Made by a program: the position numbers and the translations under genes | Notes under the pieces: generated by a model | Told to the model about the DNA's origin: nothing | What the model saw: the letters and a program-made list of their open reading frames with translations, nothing else | Database searches by the model: none | Origin: Mytilus trossulus | Taxonomy: Eukaryota | Length of the DNA stretch: 64,000 bases | Assembly (NCBI RefSeq): GCF_036588685.1 | Contig: NC_086374.1 | Location: 1,426,001 to 1,490,000 of the forward strand | Direction: 5' to 3' | Shown: positions 23,326 to 36,600 of the stretch, in pieces | Position numbering within the stretch: position 1 is the stretch's first letter | Layout of the letters: the number at the start of each line of letters is the position of its first letter

Positions 23326-23594
23326 CAACTGTTATTCCTGGGATGGCTAACGATGCATTAACTGGGTCTGGTAATGGAGAGGACAGTAATACAGTAAGTA
23401 TATATTACACCTATTAACAGTTATTCCTGGGATGGCAAACAATGCGTTAACTGGGTCTGGTAACGGAGAGGACAGTAACACAGTAAGTAAATATTACACC
23501 TATTGACAGTCATTCCTGGGATGGCTAATGATGCATTAACTGGGTCTTGTAATGGAGAGGACAGTAACACAGTAAGTATATATTACACCTATTA
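23326..23594 (+). repeat. 3 x 89-bp tandem duplication of an exon 3' end plus its splice donor
   Basis: GTAAGT at 23394, 23483 and 23572 (period 89). Confidence 0.92.
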
Positions 23595-24344
23595 TGTCTT
23601 TAGTCTTTTGTCCGTCCTTCAAACTCACGTCTGTGAACTCTAGCTCACCTGGCATAAAACATCATTACAAGATCTTCAAATAATTCAGTATGAGAGAAAT
23701 AGTTAACAGGCTCTTTAAGGATTTGTTTTCTCTGAATGATGATGTTTACTAATGTTTTGGCCTCAAACTAATGTAGACAGAGAGAAGGTTCAAACTACAC
23801 AAAAATGCATGATCACCAAACTGATATCCACAAATAAGCTCATCCTGCCTAAAACCATCAGGGGACACCTTATACGAGTTATTGCCATTACATGACGATA
23901 TTCACTTATTGCGTAAGGTGATTTACAAAATACAAACAAAATGCCTCAAGGGAACTTGTAAAATGCATAACTAAGCACCAAAATAGGATAATGAAAAGAA
24001 TGACAAAAATTGTCCAGAAGCTTGTTGAAAAATTTACAGAGGCTACATTGTCGTTTACAAATAAATGAATAAGGAGATATTGTGCAGCCTTTAACAATGA
24101 GACAAACCTATACCGCATATATTGTATAAGCTATAAAGGGTCTCGGCAATACAACATGTGGAACACTTCAAGATAGAAAACCAAGGGTTTGAATTATAAT
24201 ATTTATATGACTTCATAATGCACCAAAAAATCAACATCAGAAGTAATATCACTACTGAATCCAATTCAATTTATTTGAATAAAATATTGTTTAAACTACT
24301 GAATTAAGTAATTTACTATATATTTTGTATATTTTCCGTTTTAG

Positions 24345-24509
24345 AATGATGGATCTTTCATTTCCGAAATGACGATGATTTTAGGAGTTTGTGCTGGTTT
24401 AATAATAGCAGTATCCGGTTTCTTTGTATTGATATATTCTTGTTGGAGAAAACACGGATTGAGGAGAATAGACAAGGTTGGATACACACCACTGAGGAAT
24501 CAGGACTGA
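24345..24509 (+). CDS. Terminal exon: TM helix and cytoplasmic tail with a YxxL motif
   Basis: TTTTAG acceptor; MILGVCAGLIIAVSGFFVLIYSCW followed by RKHGLRR and GYTPL; TGA at 24507-24509. Confidence 0.8.
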   Translation, partial: NDGSFISEMTMILGVCAGLIIAVSGFFVLIYSCWRKHGLRRIDKVGYTPLRNQD

Positions 24510-25042
24510 CTAATATTGGATGATTAATACTACAATCATCATCAGACCCAACACATGTACAAGTTTCTTTAGTCATTGTAGTATTATCTTTTTGTTGTCA
24601 GATTGACAAATATGTCCGTGCTTATATTGCAAATAATCACAATGAATACTATAGTTCTTATATTTGTTTTCAACATTTATTTATTTTTTTACGTTAAACC
24701 GACTTTAGGAATAAAAATTTCAATAAACTTAAAGACACTGACATGTCACATTATAATGCAACGGAAAAATAAATGTATTATTCATTTGTCCATAATCTGG
24801 GTTGAATTTAAATAAAATGTTCAAAAAACAAATTGAGTTAACATTAGTTAGAGTTAACAATACACAACAAGGATGATAGGGGTTTCAAAAATATATAACA
24901 GTACAGCAGACCACATTAACCATCAACAGCCGAATGCTTTGATACAAAACACAAAGGCATATAACAACACAATATAACAATGGTAACCTCATGTTTGCCT
25001 GTAAAAGACTAAATGTGCATACAACAAGTTATTTATATGTAG

Positions 25043-26900
25043 TGTAACACGTCCCTTTAAGGGCAAAGCAGAGTACAAACAAACAAATACTTGGTACTAG
25101 CTAAAATGTTCCATTACAAATCAGGTAAATCACAATATACATCAAATATTTTGAATGTTAATTATGCACTTATTCCCGACTAGAGTCTAGTATTCATTTC
25201 ACTATTGAATGTCACTTATTTAAGAAAAAAACCCACAAATTGTTTCTGCTTATAACAAAGCGCACTGAACTGTCATAAAAATAATTCAATTCTCCTCCTC
25301 TAAGGTTCGGTCTTCCCGACTTTATATATAAGTCCTGGTCATATCCATTGGCGTACTACTGGTGGTTCCACCGGATGTATAATGATAGCAATATGCTACA
25401 ATTCCCCCTTTCTAGAGGACTTTGAAATTCCTTTTCCAGAAAAACAATACCACTAACGAATAAATTCCAAAATATTTAATGAAATAAACTACTGCTAAAA
25501 GTTATTTTCGCGGTACACAATTAAGACCTACTTACGTATCCTATCACACTTTTATGTCCTTCTCGAACTTGGTCAAAACTGCTCCAATTCCAAAATGACT
25601 CACATCTGTATTTAATATAAACTCTTTCCCGTCGATTGCTAGATATGCAAGTATAGGAAAGCTTGCAAGCGTCTTCTTTTTTTTTTTTTCTTTTTTTTTT
25701 TTAAAGAAACCGGAGTTTATTCACAATCGCTTGTTCATTCACAGGGAGCTTTTACCTGCGTTAAATCATAAAGACACTTAGCAATTTTCGAAAAATCCTT
25801 GATAAATCTTTTATAATAAGAAACCAATTGAATGAAAGATCGGAAACATTTTGCGGGCATTCAACCTTGAATATTGCCCGTACCTTAATAGAAGGATCCG
25901 GCCGCATCCCTTCTGTTGACAGAATATGTCCGAGATATCGTGTTTACAAAAACTACACTTTGCAGCCTTGAGCTTTAATCCGGCATCTGATAACCTCTGT
26001 AAGACTTTCTTCAAATTAATCAAATGTTCATCAAATGTTTCACTAAACACTATTATTTCATCTAGGTATACAACTAGAACATGCAATCCTCGCATTGCTG
26101 TCACAATAATTCTTTGTCAACTAGCTCCTGCGTTACACAATCAAAATGACACATATTGTCTGATATTGATATAAACCACCTCTGAGAGTAGTAAATGGAT
26201 TTTTTTCCTCATCCCTTTTTGTATGGATTCATATGCACCTGATAAGCCATTCACAGTTCCAAAACTGACATCCACTTGGCTCCGCTGAGTGCGTCTATAT
26301 TATTCTCTATTCTAGGGATCGCATAGAAATCTTTGATCGTCTTACCGTTCAATTTCCTGTAATCAACACACAGCCGCCACGAAATATTTTTCAATTGCAC
26401 TAATACTTGGAGAACAGGGGCTAAAGGACTTTTCAATAAGTTCCTTATCCTCCAATTTCTTAATTTCATCATATATCGTTTAAAAAGAGGTGTTTGTCTT
26501 GGAGGGTTCTCTACTTGAATTTCTTCTATCAATTTGATATTATGCATACCAATTGTTGTCATTACTGTCATACCTGGCTCTCCTGTCGAATCATATAACG
26601 TATCTGCATACTTCAGCAGGATTTCCCTAAACCTCTCGTTTTTGCTTTCAGCGAGGTTTTCTCTTCTATCACTATACATTTCCACCATATACTGTTATAC
26701 TGTGGAATGTGTTGTGGAGTGGATCCGTGTCCATTTCCTGAACTATAATTTTTACTTTTACAAATTGTGACTTTCATGACGGTCGTAATGGTAAAGTTTG
26801 GTGCTTCACGATAAAATGTACCCACTTTCTTTCTTTTAGACGATTAAAAATTTGACCGATTTTGACGAATAACGTTTTGAGACTAGTCTGTATTTTATGT
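25043..26900 (-). mobile_element. Decayed Gypsy remnant: RT/RNase H fragments, PPT and 3' LTR (25043-25400)
   Basis: ORF fragments WRLCVDYRKLN..IPRIE and VYLDEIIVFS..HLINLKKVLQRL. On the minus strand AGAAAGGGGGAAT directly precedes TGTAGCA...TGTTACA; integrase is missing. Confidence 0.8.
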
Positions 26901-28265
26901 TCTTAATGCTAACAAGGTGTGTGCCAGAACATAGCCACAATCTTACTCCTGTGTAAAGTGTCTTCTTATAGGTTTTATGATCACGTTGATTTATTATAGA
27001 ATTGTATTTTAACATTATGGTTTTACGATGACTGAGTTCTGATGAATATGTTTTATTTCCAACAAAAACTGTGTTTTAAACTTAATATTAAAAGTGTCTT
27101 TTGAATACATCTGTTTTCAAAACTATTTTCCTGTATTATTGATGCAAATGAAATGTATTTTTCTGGCGCAAATGAAAAATGACTTGAGGGGCAAATGAAA
27201 TGTGGATCGAGGCGCATTTAATATGATTTGAGGCGCAAATGAAATTACAAAAGCAAAACGCCGGTCTTATTACAACATTTAATGGTAATCGGCATTATTG
27301 GGAGAGGCCAGTAAATATTGAAATTTGTAAGTTCATCGGAAGAAAGAACAATTATAACTCAATGCATTAATATACCAGACATTTAGGTCTAATTTTATTG
27401 ATGAATGATGTTAGAATTTTCCATGTTTTTTTTACAAATATTCCCCCTTTCAAATCAGAGCATATGGACCTTTTATAGCTAATGCTCTTCGGTGTGGACC
27501 ATGGCTTCGTGTTGAAGGCCGTACTTCAACCTATACTTGTCTTATACTTGTTAACTTTTTTACACTGTGACTTCGATTGGGAGTTGCTTCATTGGCATTC
27601 ATACTAAATCTTATTTCCATTATAAGAACACATGTTTTGTTGTTGCTTTCGTTAACTTTTATTAATACATTATTTAAAAAAAAAGTGATAACAAAAATGA
27701 ATTGAAATACAAAATATGAGAAATTTTAACAAACTGAACTTAAAATGTATGACTTTGTATATAAAATTATCGATATTGATAACAAATAATTGAAGAATTC
27801 AAATATTTACAGTTAAGTATAATACAGAAATTGTGTTGCATATCTCGAACTCGTTTACAATGTTATAATGTAGTTGACACCAAGTTCTCGCGAGAGCTAA
27901 CACTGTGGTGCATCTCCCTACTATATAAAGATCATTTTACACAGTTGTGTTGTGTCTTCGCTTGCAACTTCAGTTCAAATATAATTGAATCCTTACGACT
28001 ATGAACCACATACATGTATTAAACAACAATTACAAACAGAAGAAGAGAATTTGCATATTAAAAACAGTCCGAGATTCTAGAAGAGATCAACTTAGAGTTG
28101 TTTATTATAGTACACATAGAACATGGAATGTAGACAGATAAGCTAATCATTGTTAAGAAATAATTTTTAAAAAAACATGGTCGTTAAGGTTAAATTTTTA
28201 GGAAAATTATTGAGTATTGAGCATTAAAATGTGATCACAGATAGTACTCCTGATGTGTAGTTCAC

Positions 28266-31200
28266 TCAGTATTTCATACAATCAGCACTGGAGTACTGAG
28301 TACACTGTGAGTTACTGGTCGATTCTGCATAACCTGTGATGTTACTTAATCCTGAACCTACAATAGAAAGAATTATTAAATGCTAAAACCTAGTAACATC
28401 AGAACCACGAATTCCATTTCAATATTTTCGTATTATTCTTAAACAAATGTTTATATGAGTAGTTATATTCTAATTATCGCTTCTTAACAAAATACTTCTT
28501 TGAGGGATTGTCTGTGTGATAAAATTTATATATTGATTGTAACGTTTGCTTTTTTTTGTTCAATGAAGAAGTTACTGTCCAGTTATTCAACAGCAAAAAC
28601 GTTAATGAAATCACCTCTAAATCATGTATACAACAACTACTAGTATAAGATTTCATATCCATTTTGACAATGTTTTTCCATTACACTGATTCTGAGAAGA
28701 CTACCGTTTTTTATTAGCAGGCAGTATCATATATAAATAAACAACTCTTCTAAACTTTTGGGAATGTAGAGCTGGGCTTTTTGAATGAAGCGTTTATAGT
28801 GAACTCTTTAAGTTGATAACTCCTCCTTCATTTGGTCTCTGTTGGAAAGTTGTCTCTTTGACAAAAATAGCACATCGTCTTATGTTTATGTCTTCCTTGC
28901 TTCTTTGCTATATGGAATTTTTTAATCTTGAAATCTATAAAGTGTTTTTATTCATTTACATAGATATAGGAATATGTGGTATATGTGCCAATGAGACAAG
29001 TAACAATTTATAAAAGTAAACCATTACATGTCTGATACAAGCTATTAATTGACCATTTATGAGAAAATCGTACAATCTACGAATCTTTAATTATTTACCT
29101 GTGATTAAGTTGTGTAGGTTACAATAGTTTGTTCCATAGTCCAGAACTGCATACCAAGTTTCTGACGTAGAGTAGCCCTGGAGTGAATAGAAAACATGTT
29201 AGGTTAAGTCAAAACTATTTAATCAGTAAATAGAGAGAAAAAATGTTAGACAGAACTAAGAAGCCTTGCAGTGGATAGACAACACGTTAGGATAAGTCAA
29301 AATTATGTAATCAGTATATATATATACAGTGAAAAATAGTTAGACAGAAGCTCAGTAACCCTATAGGGTTTAGAAAACACGTTAGGATAAGTCAACAATA
29401 TTAAACAAGCATGTATTAAAAAATAGTTAGACAGAAGCTCCTCTACATTAAGTTTATCTTTTTGTGTTTATTGAAAATATTTATGTCATTGCAAATCATA
29501 CAAGTTGTTTTGAAGCCTGTGGTGTTACTGATTACAAGTTTAAGTAAACATTACCTCAGTTTTACAATTCGTCCCTGCATCACTAAAGGTAAATGTCAGG
29601 TCATCTTTGTAATGTTTGCTCGGAGTTTCATGTATGGCTTTTAGTGTATTGGTAGATTCACTGACGAACTGTAAATAAAACAATAATTATACAATGCACA
29701 CGATTTACATTTAAAAAAATAATATATAAATAGTTATAGAATATAATATTGTTTCTAAAACCATTTAAACAAAAATAAAATACCCCCCCCCCCCCCCCCT
29801 TTCCCCAATTACCAGTCTTAAAGGGGCAATAGCTACGAGGTATAAAACAATCTAATATATTAGCTTTTTTTGCCCAATCATTCAAGAAATGTTAATAGTG
29901 GAATAATAATTTGCTTTTAGCAGTCAGTTTGGATTGGTTCAATTTTGTCAAAATAAGCTTAATATGAATTATTCACGTGCAATTGAATAATTGGACCTCA
30001 TTGAATCCTTATTCATATGAACTCTAATTTAACCCCTTATAGTTTAAGATGGATAACACGTGAATTGTATGTGTAAAGAAAAGAATGTCAACATTGAAAG
30101 TGAAACAACGGTAAATCATTTGATTGACTATAAATTCGATCCACACAAAAGTCATTCTTTTCACAGGTAAAAACGATGATAGACATTTATTTTTCATCTT
30201 TAATATGAAATCAAATTGACATAGAAAATCAAACAGCACGAGTTTGATTCATTTATTTACATATATACATTTTTATGTTTACATCGCTTATATTGTCATC
30301 GAATGACGTTAGAGGTCAACTCGACAGATATTTAGATGGCGTAAAGATTAGAATAGACACGAAACGAAGCTACGTATTTGTATGCCCGTGCCCTGTTTAT
30401 TGTTTATTTTAGATTTTTAATAGTTTGGATAAAATGTTTCACATTCTGTTCTTAATCAAATTTGAGAAATTTAATTAAAATCGGTGAACATAAATTTGGC
30501 AGCCAGCGCCTCTTTAAATTGACATACATATATGATAGTTTTATTCATAAAGTGACTTCAGGAACCATGTGGAATAGTAATGAAACGCTCCCTCCGTTAT
30601 ACTCCAACTCCAGGACCTGCTAATAAGTAAATGGTCCCTCAATAAATACGTTTAAATTTGAAGCCTACATTATTGCAACAAGTCTCTTAATTTTGAAAGA
30701 AAGGATACTATAGATACATATAAGTCTGCTTTATATTTGCACTGACATCTAGATAATCGCAAATTAAAAGGATCGTTTGAGTAGTTAATATGATTATAAC
30801 TTTCCATTATTAACTTTCAATTTTCAAGATGATGAAGCCTCATCCCAGCAGCTTCTGAAAATAAAGTAAATGTGAGCTAGATGATACGACATTTAAGGCT
30901 TGCATTGCCTATAATAAAATCATTAATAGAGGCTATGTCTTTCTACATAAATTTTAACTGCCATCTTGTTAGCATAAGCTACATCCTCATTATTCTTACT
31001 TTGTATAGACATTTCTCGCCTCCGTTCTTACAGTTGTCTGGCCCATTCCATAGTGTTATTTGGTTTTTCAGTTTTGTTTTTACATTACTACACGCCATGG
31101 AGGGAAACATCCTGAAAAAAGATTCATAAGCAGTGTGAGTGATAAAAACATAATAAAACAAGAATGTGTCTCCAGTACACGGATGCCCCATCCGCACTAT

Positions 31201-33353
31201 CATTTTCTATGTTCAGTGGACCCTGAAAATTGGGGGAAATCTCTAATTTGGCATTAAATTAGAAAGATCAAATCATAGGGAGCATGTGTATATTCATGCA
31301 GTTTCAAGCAGATTGGACTTCAACTTCATCAAAAACTACCTCGACAACAAACTTTAACCTGAAGCGGCACAGGCGGACGAACGGACGAGTGAAAGAACAG
31401 ACGCACGCTCAAACCAGAAAACCTAATGCCTATGAATGGGGCATAATAAATAGGGCATAAAGACTAGAGGCTGTAAAGAGCATGTATCGCTTACATAGAT
31501 CTATTGCATCATCGACGATATGCCAAAAAACAAGAGTGCACACGCTGAAATGTCTCGCCTTCTGTACTAATCATTGATATTATGTTGATAGTCCTAAGTA
31601 TAAAGATTTATTACAACTGTCACATAAACCTAACATTAATCAAGATAACTAAACAAAGACCAATGAACCTTGAAAATGAGGTCAAGGTCAGATGAACCAT
31701 GCCAGGCAGACATGTACAGCTAACAATGCTTCTATACAACATATATAGTTGACCTTTTACTTATAGTTGAAGAAAAATAGACCAAAACACAAAAACTTAA
31801 CACTGTGCAATGAACCGTGAAAATGAGGTCACGGTCAAATAAAACCTGCAGGACTGACATAAAGATCATAAAATATTTCCATACACCAAATATAGTTGAC
31901 CTATGGCATATAGTATAGATAAAAAGACCAAAACTCAAAAACTTAACTTTGACCACTGAACCATGAAAATGAGGTCAAGGTCACATGACATCTGCCCGCT
32001 AGACATGTACACCTTACAATCATTACATACAACAAATATAGTAGACCTGTTGCATTTAGTATGAGAAAAACACACCAAAACACAAAAACTTAACTATAAC
32101 CACTGAACCATGAAAATGAGGTCAAGGTCAGATGACACCTGCCAGTTGGACATGTACACCTTACAGTCCTTCCATACACCAAATATACAAGCCCTATTGC
32201 TTATAGTATCTGAGATATGGACTTGACCACCAAAACTTAACCTTGTTCACTGATCCATGAAATGAGGTCTAGGTCGTGAAAACTGTCTGACAGACATGAG
32301 GACCTTGCAAGGTACGCACATATAAAATATAGTTATCCTATTACTTATAATAAGAAAGAATTCAACATTACAAATAATCTGAACTTTTTTTTCAAGTGGT
32401 CACTGAACCATGAAAATGAGGCCAAGGCCATTGGACATGTGACTGACGGAAACTTTGTAACATGAAGCATCCAAGTCTTCCACCTTCTAAAATATAAAGC
32501 TTTTAAGAAGTGAGCTAACGCCGCCGTTTGAATCCCAAATCTCATATTCCGAAGTCAAACCAGGTACTCTGGTAGAGCAAGCATTTCAGTTTGTACAATC
32601 AGCTAGTACATGTATGAAACGCGCGTCTGGCGCAAATACTAAATTTCAATCCTGGTATCTGGGTCGATGCAACCGCTGGTGGAGTTTAGTCTGAGTAGTC
32701 AACTTCTATGTTGACATGAATTGTCATTGATACGGTCATAATTATAAATTAATGAGTTTATTTATGAACTGTTTACAAAACTTTGATTTTTTAAAATACT
32801 AGGGCTTTTCTTCCTAATGACTATTTATATATAAATATATATAAATATAGTAGACATTCAGCAACCACGAATCACACTATACATCGGAGTAGTCGTAAGG
32901 ATAGGCCCTAATAACTTTAAAATTGCACAGAAACCTGGTACACAGATGATGTTTTAAACTTTCAATCGTCCTCCGAATATTTATAAATTATTTAATACGA
33001 AATATCCCCACAGCAACCTCTTTGAAGGAAACTAATTTGAGTTATCTCTCTTTTTGTTCGTCTGAAATGGTTATGTAAATTTTTAAAAAAATCAAGCTGA
33101 AAGAGAAACAAGTTACAAGTTGTCACAACTATTCAATAATAAAGAGTAGAGTTATATCTTACCAATTAACTCTGCATGAAGCATGTAATGGGTTTGAAGC
33201 AGCAAATCCAACAAAAAGTCCAAGACCGGCTAAAACTACGACTGTTAATACGACCATTGTTATTTTACAACACAATGGTATTTTCTTGCAACACGAACCG
33301 CAGGATTTAGGCGAATTATCAGTTCCAAGCTTCCGGTATGGTTTACTGCTCAT
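28266..33353 (-). CDS. Paralog A: uncharacterised 195-aa type II membrane protein with an 8-Cys ectodomain; exons 33353-33163, 31111-31000, 29668-29555, 29177-29099, 28357-28266
   Basis: Canonical GT/AG, open frame: MSSKPYRKLGTDNSPKSCGSCCKKIPLCCKITMVVLTVVVLAGLGLFVGFAASNPLHASCRVNW|MFPSMACSNVKTKLKNQITLWNGPDNCKNGGEKCLYK|FVSESTNTLKAIHETPSKHYKDDLTFTFSDAGTNCKTE|GYSTSETWYAVLDYGTNYCNLHNLITG|SGLSNITGYAESTSNSQCTQYSSADCMKY*. Exon sizes 112/114/79/92 are shared with paralogs B and C. Confidence 0.93.
29170..29440 (-). repeat. Three degenerate ~90-100-bp repeats copying the exon-4 acceptor region of paralog A
   Basis: Recurring AGAAAACA(T/C)GTTAGG(T/A)TAAGTCAA...GTTAGACAGAA, each beside GTAGCCCTG / GAAGCCTTG / GTAACCCTA. 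Confidence 0.75.
29822..30513. mobile_element. Non-autonomous Kolobok-like DNA transposon
   Basis: TTAA|AGGGGCAATAGCT ... AGCCAGCGCCTCT|TTAA. Confidence 0.7.
31157..31450 (+). mobile_element. Short Helentron-associated (HINE-like) element
   Basis: AACAAGAATGTGTC start, (ACGG)n-like microsatellite, terminal ATGCC..GGGGCATAA hairpin. Confidence 0.6.
31529..32545 (+). mobile_element. HINE-like element with ~6 internal ~147-bp satellite-like repeats
   Basis: AACAAGAG start; TGAACCATGAAAATGAGGTCAAGGTCA recurs at ~31664, 31811, 31958, 32104, 32251 and 32404. Confidence 0.75.
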
Positions 33354-33682
33354 GACAATGAATGTACACTTGATAGTACTCGGAAACAAACAATAGTTAT
33401 ATAAGGTAAATACTGTCACATGATTATGAGCGTGGTTTATTTTTGAAGTTTATAAATAGAATGAGGGACACTATGGTTGGTAATTTATTATTATTTGCTT
33501 TTGAAAAAAAAAAGTAAAAAATATAATTATAAAAAAATGATGAATTAGTACAATTTTTTTTTTAAACAAGAATGGAAATTTCTTTCTCAGAAATTAATGA
33601 TAAAATTGAGAATTGAAATGGGGAATGTGTCAAAGAGACAACAACCCGGCCAAAGAAAAAAAACTGTTACAATATAGAAGGT

Positions 33683-36600
33683 TACGGAAGCCGATAAGGG
33701 CCATTCAAAAAAAAAATTTTATGTCGTTATTACGACATAGCATGTCGTAATTTCGACATAAGATGTCGTTAAAACGACATCGCTATGTCGTAATTTCGAC
33801 ATATCATGTCGTAATAACGACATCGCTATGTCGTAATTTCGACATATCATGTCGTAATAACGACATCACTATGTCGTTTTAACGACATAGCTATGTCGTA
33901 ATAACGAGCTATATTTGAAAGAATATGTATTATGATTGGCAAGAGACTAAATGACATAGAAATTAACAATTATACGTCATCATAATGTCCCCGATAATTA
34001 TAAAAGCCCCCGCATGGTCAGCTATAAAAGAGGGAAGAAAGCTACCAGAGGGAGAGTCCCCGGAATGCTGTGTGGCAGACAGTGTTATTATTTAATTATT
34101 AGCTCCCTTGGTAAAACTCCAAATTTCATATTTAATGTATTATATTGTTAAATAATTTACATGAAGCTTAATAAGTATATATTTGTTAATTGCATAGCTT
34201 TTGTTATTTGAATTCATTGGTTGAAGATATTTATTTATATTGTAAAGTTTAATATTTGCATCGTCGCAAAATCTTTGGTTACCTTCTTTGGATACCTTCA
34301 GTGAGAAACTTATATATGTTATAGATACCAATTTCGATTATCTTAGCCCACTGTGCTAGGGTTGTACAGTCAAACAAAGTCGGATAGATATTAACAAGTT
34401 ACCGGTCGTAGATTAGCTATGCTGTCACACATGTTGGAAGAATGAAATGTGGAATTAGTAGAGGACTGAAATTGTACAACCAAGTCAAGCCAAGCTTTCC
34501 ATCTCCCTTTAAATTAGCGCAAACTACATGGCTTCTTGGTATAAGGGTGTATTGTGTGTATTGATAGCTCTATTTCTACTTTCAAACGTTGGGCACGCGC
34601 GATGTTCCTACAAACCCTAGTATTTAAAAAAGAATCTTCGAAATTTCATCCTCAAAACAAAATAAAAATGTTAGAAAACACGAACCAATATTAAAGCAAA
34701 TTCAATATATGTTTTGAATTATGTTTTGACAGCTCTTGATCATCTCCTAAGTAATATCTGGTATATTTGAGGATTAAAAAAAGAAAGCTATGTGAAAAAA
34801 ACGGATGTCCCCATCTAACGTTACATTTATGAAAAACTGTTTTAACTCTTATGTATAGTGATCTATTTCTTATTCTCTGATCTTCTTGATTCTTGACAGC
34901 AACAACGACATGTGTCGGTTCTTTGTGGCGTTAAAGCCGTTATTTTACCAAATTTCATTTAACTCGACTGCATATTATAGTAGAAAATGAATAAGAATAG
35001 TAAGACAATAATAATATCTAACAAAAGTACAAATATTTGCTTCATGTGAGTTCAGATATTGCTGATTCAATAAAATCTTCTGACTACACAGTCGTTTTTC
35101 AAACGGTAGCCATTTTGTCAAAGTTGATATTTCATTTTTCAAAGCAGTTTAAGGCGTATTTTTTTTTTTATAATTGATCAAAACAAAAGTTAAATATACG
35201 AAGAGTAAAAAATGCCAAGATTCTTTCCTTATTAACTACATATTTGGGTCTTAAAGGAATAAAATGATTCGATACATTACAAAACGGAAGGCAATTTTTC
35301 CAAATGTCTGAAAACGTCTAAAATCCCAAAGACGCTAATTTCCGACGTTAAATGTGCTAAAGTTTCAATTAAATATTTATGATAATTAAAACAAATCGTG
35401 TTATGAAATTTGGAGAAAGATGTTAATGATTGCTGCCGAAAAAAAATTAGTGTATGTTGCTAAAGACTCAGCCCGGGGAAATAGGTTCGACACAGGTTAA
35501 ATTTTGCAATTTTTATTAATTGTATAGCTTTTAACGATTTATTTAAAAGAATTTGGAAATGGGGGGAAAATCCCATTTTGTAAAATAAATTGAAATTTGT
35601 GTTACGGAAGTACTCCGAAATAGATCATTTAAAGTCGTCACTTCAGTTAGGTGCAATCACCAATATCAAAACACTTAATACCAGTTCACGGAATGTTTTA
35701 CTTCGCGATTTGTCCTGCTATTTCGTGATGACAGTAATTCCTGTACTAGCGAAGCCGAAACTTTTCGTCAATATAAACTTGTGCATGAAATGGAGGTAAT
35801 TGAAAGATGAATCCCAAACTGCAACGAAAACCGTTTCATCGAATTAAACAAAAACGGGATTATATTTTTGTTTGCCGTTTTCGCGGACGACCCAGGAGTA
35901 GATTACTTCCCAAGCCAAGGTTCAAGTAATAGAAGGGGTGTATTTGGACAACTTAAGTGTCAGGGAAATTACAATTCTATTCAAATTTAACCAAGGGTAA
36001 AAATGTTCGATTTACTTGCAGAGTGTCAGATATATTTGTATTAGGGATGAATTAAGATATAGAAATTTTACAATGACAGATGATATGCAACTTGAAAGTT
36101 AAACATCCTGTGATAAAAAAAAATATGAGAACCGTATACATGTACTTCCGTCCCATCTTTCCTTCCTACATTACTTGCGACAGTACTGCATTTTAAGTTG
36201 AAATAACTTAAAGGGTAAACATTATTATATCGATTTCCACAACTCGAGGTAATTTTTTGATAAAATGACATCACAAAAAGAACAGAACCAGAATCAACCA
36301 ACAATATAAAAAACCGAATAAAACTTAAGTGAAACGTGTTGTGGGAATATCGTGCCCAACGTTTGAAAGTAGCATTAGAAGCCATGTAGTATGCACTTAT
36401 TTTGAGGGAGATGGGATGCTTAGCTGTCTAGTTAGGCTCGCATATTCACATAGTAGTATCTCCCTAATCAGTCTGTAGAGCCATTTGACAACAGTTAATT
36501 TATTCACCCCAAATAGTTTTTAATAAAATATATAAGTTTCTCACTGAAGGTATTCAAAGAAGGTATCCAAAGATTTTGCGACGATGCAAATATTAAACTT

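Larger units (their letters stand above)
4841..24509 (+). pseudogene. 3' part of a type I single-pass membrane protein gene; exons 4841-4929, 5031-5084, 22737-22798, 23162-23393, 24345-24509; in-frame TAA at 4876-4878
   Basis: All junctions are AG/GT with compatible phases. Joined translation: EKYTAFVLNLD*KLTENTHSNLEHFTGWF|KLQEGVFEDAACQSPEVL|MTKSVLCVEAKCPSHSELLLN|FSPWQWFSPNVSKIQTNCHLPADTCDEDATFGPTVTTSTYMTTDEPMTSTVPTQTTVIPGMANDALTGSGNGEDSNT|NDGSFISEMTMILGVCAGLIIAVSGFFVLIYSCWRKHGLRRIDKVGYTPLRNQD*. Thr-rich stalk, TM helix, basic stop-transfer and YTPL tail; AATAAA at ~24710-24815. Linkage of the first two exons across the 17.6-kb intron is inferred from phase. Confidence 0.62.

Noticed and set aside
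27165-27245. GGCGCAAATGAAA short repeats
   Set aside because: Probably a subterminal remnant of a DNA transposon, but no ends or TSD could be defined.
34620-36340. Transposase within the IS3EU-like element
   Set aside because: Only short ORFs with no DDE or helix-turn-helix signature.
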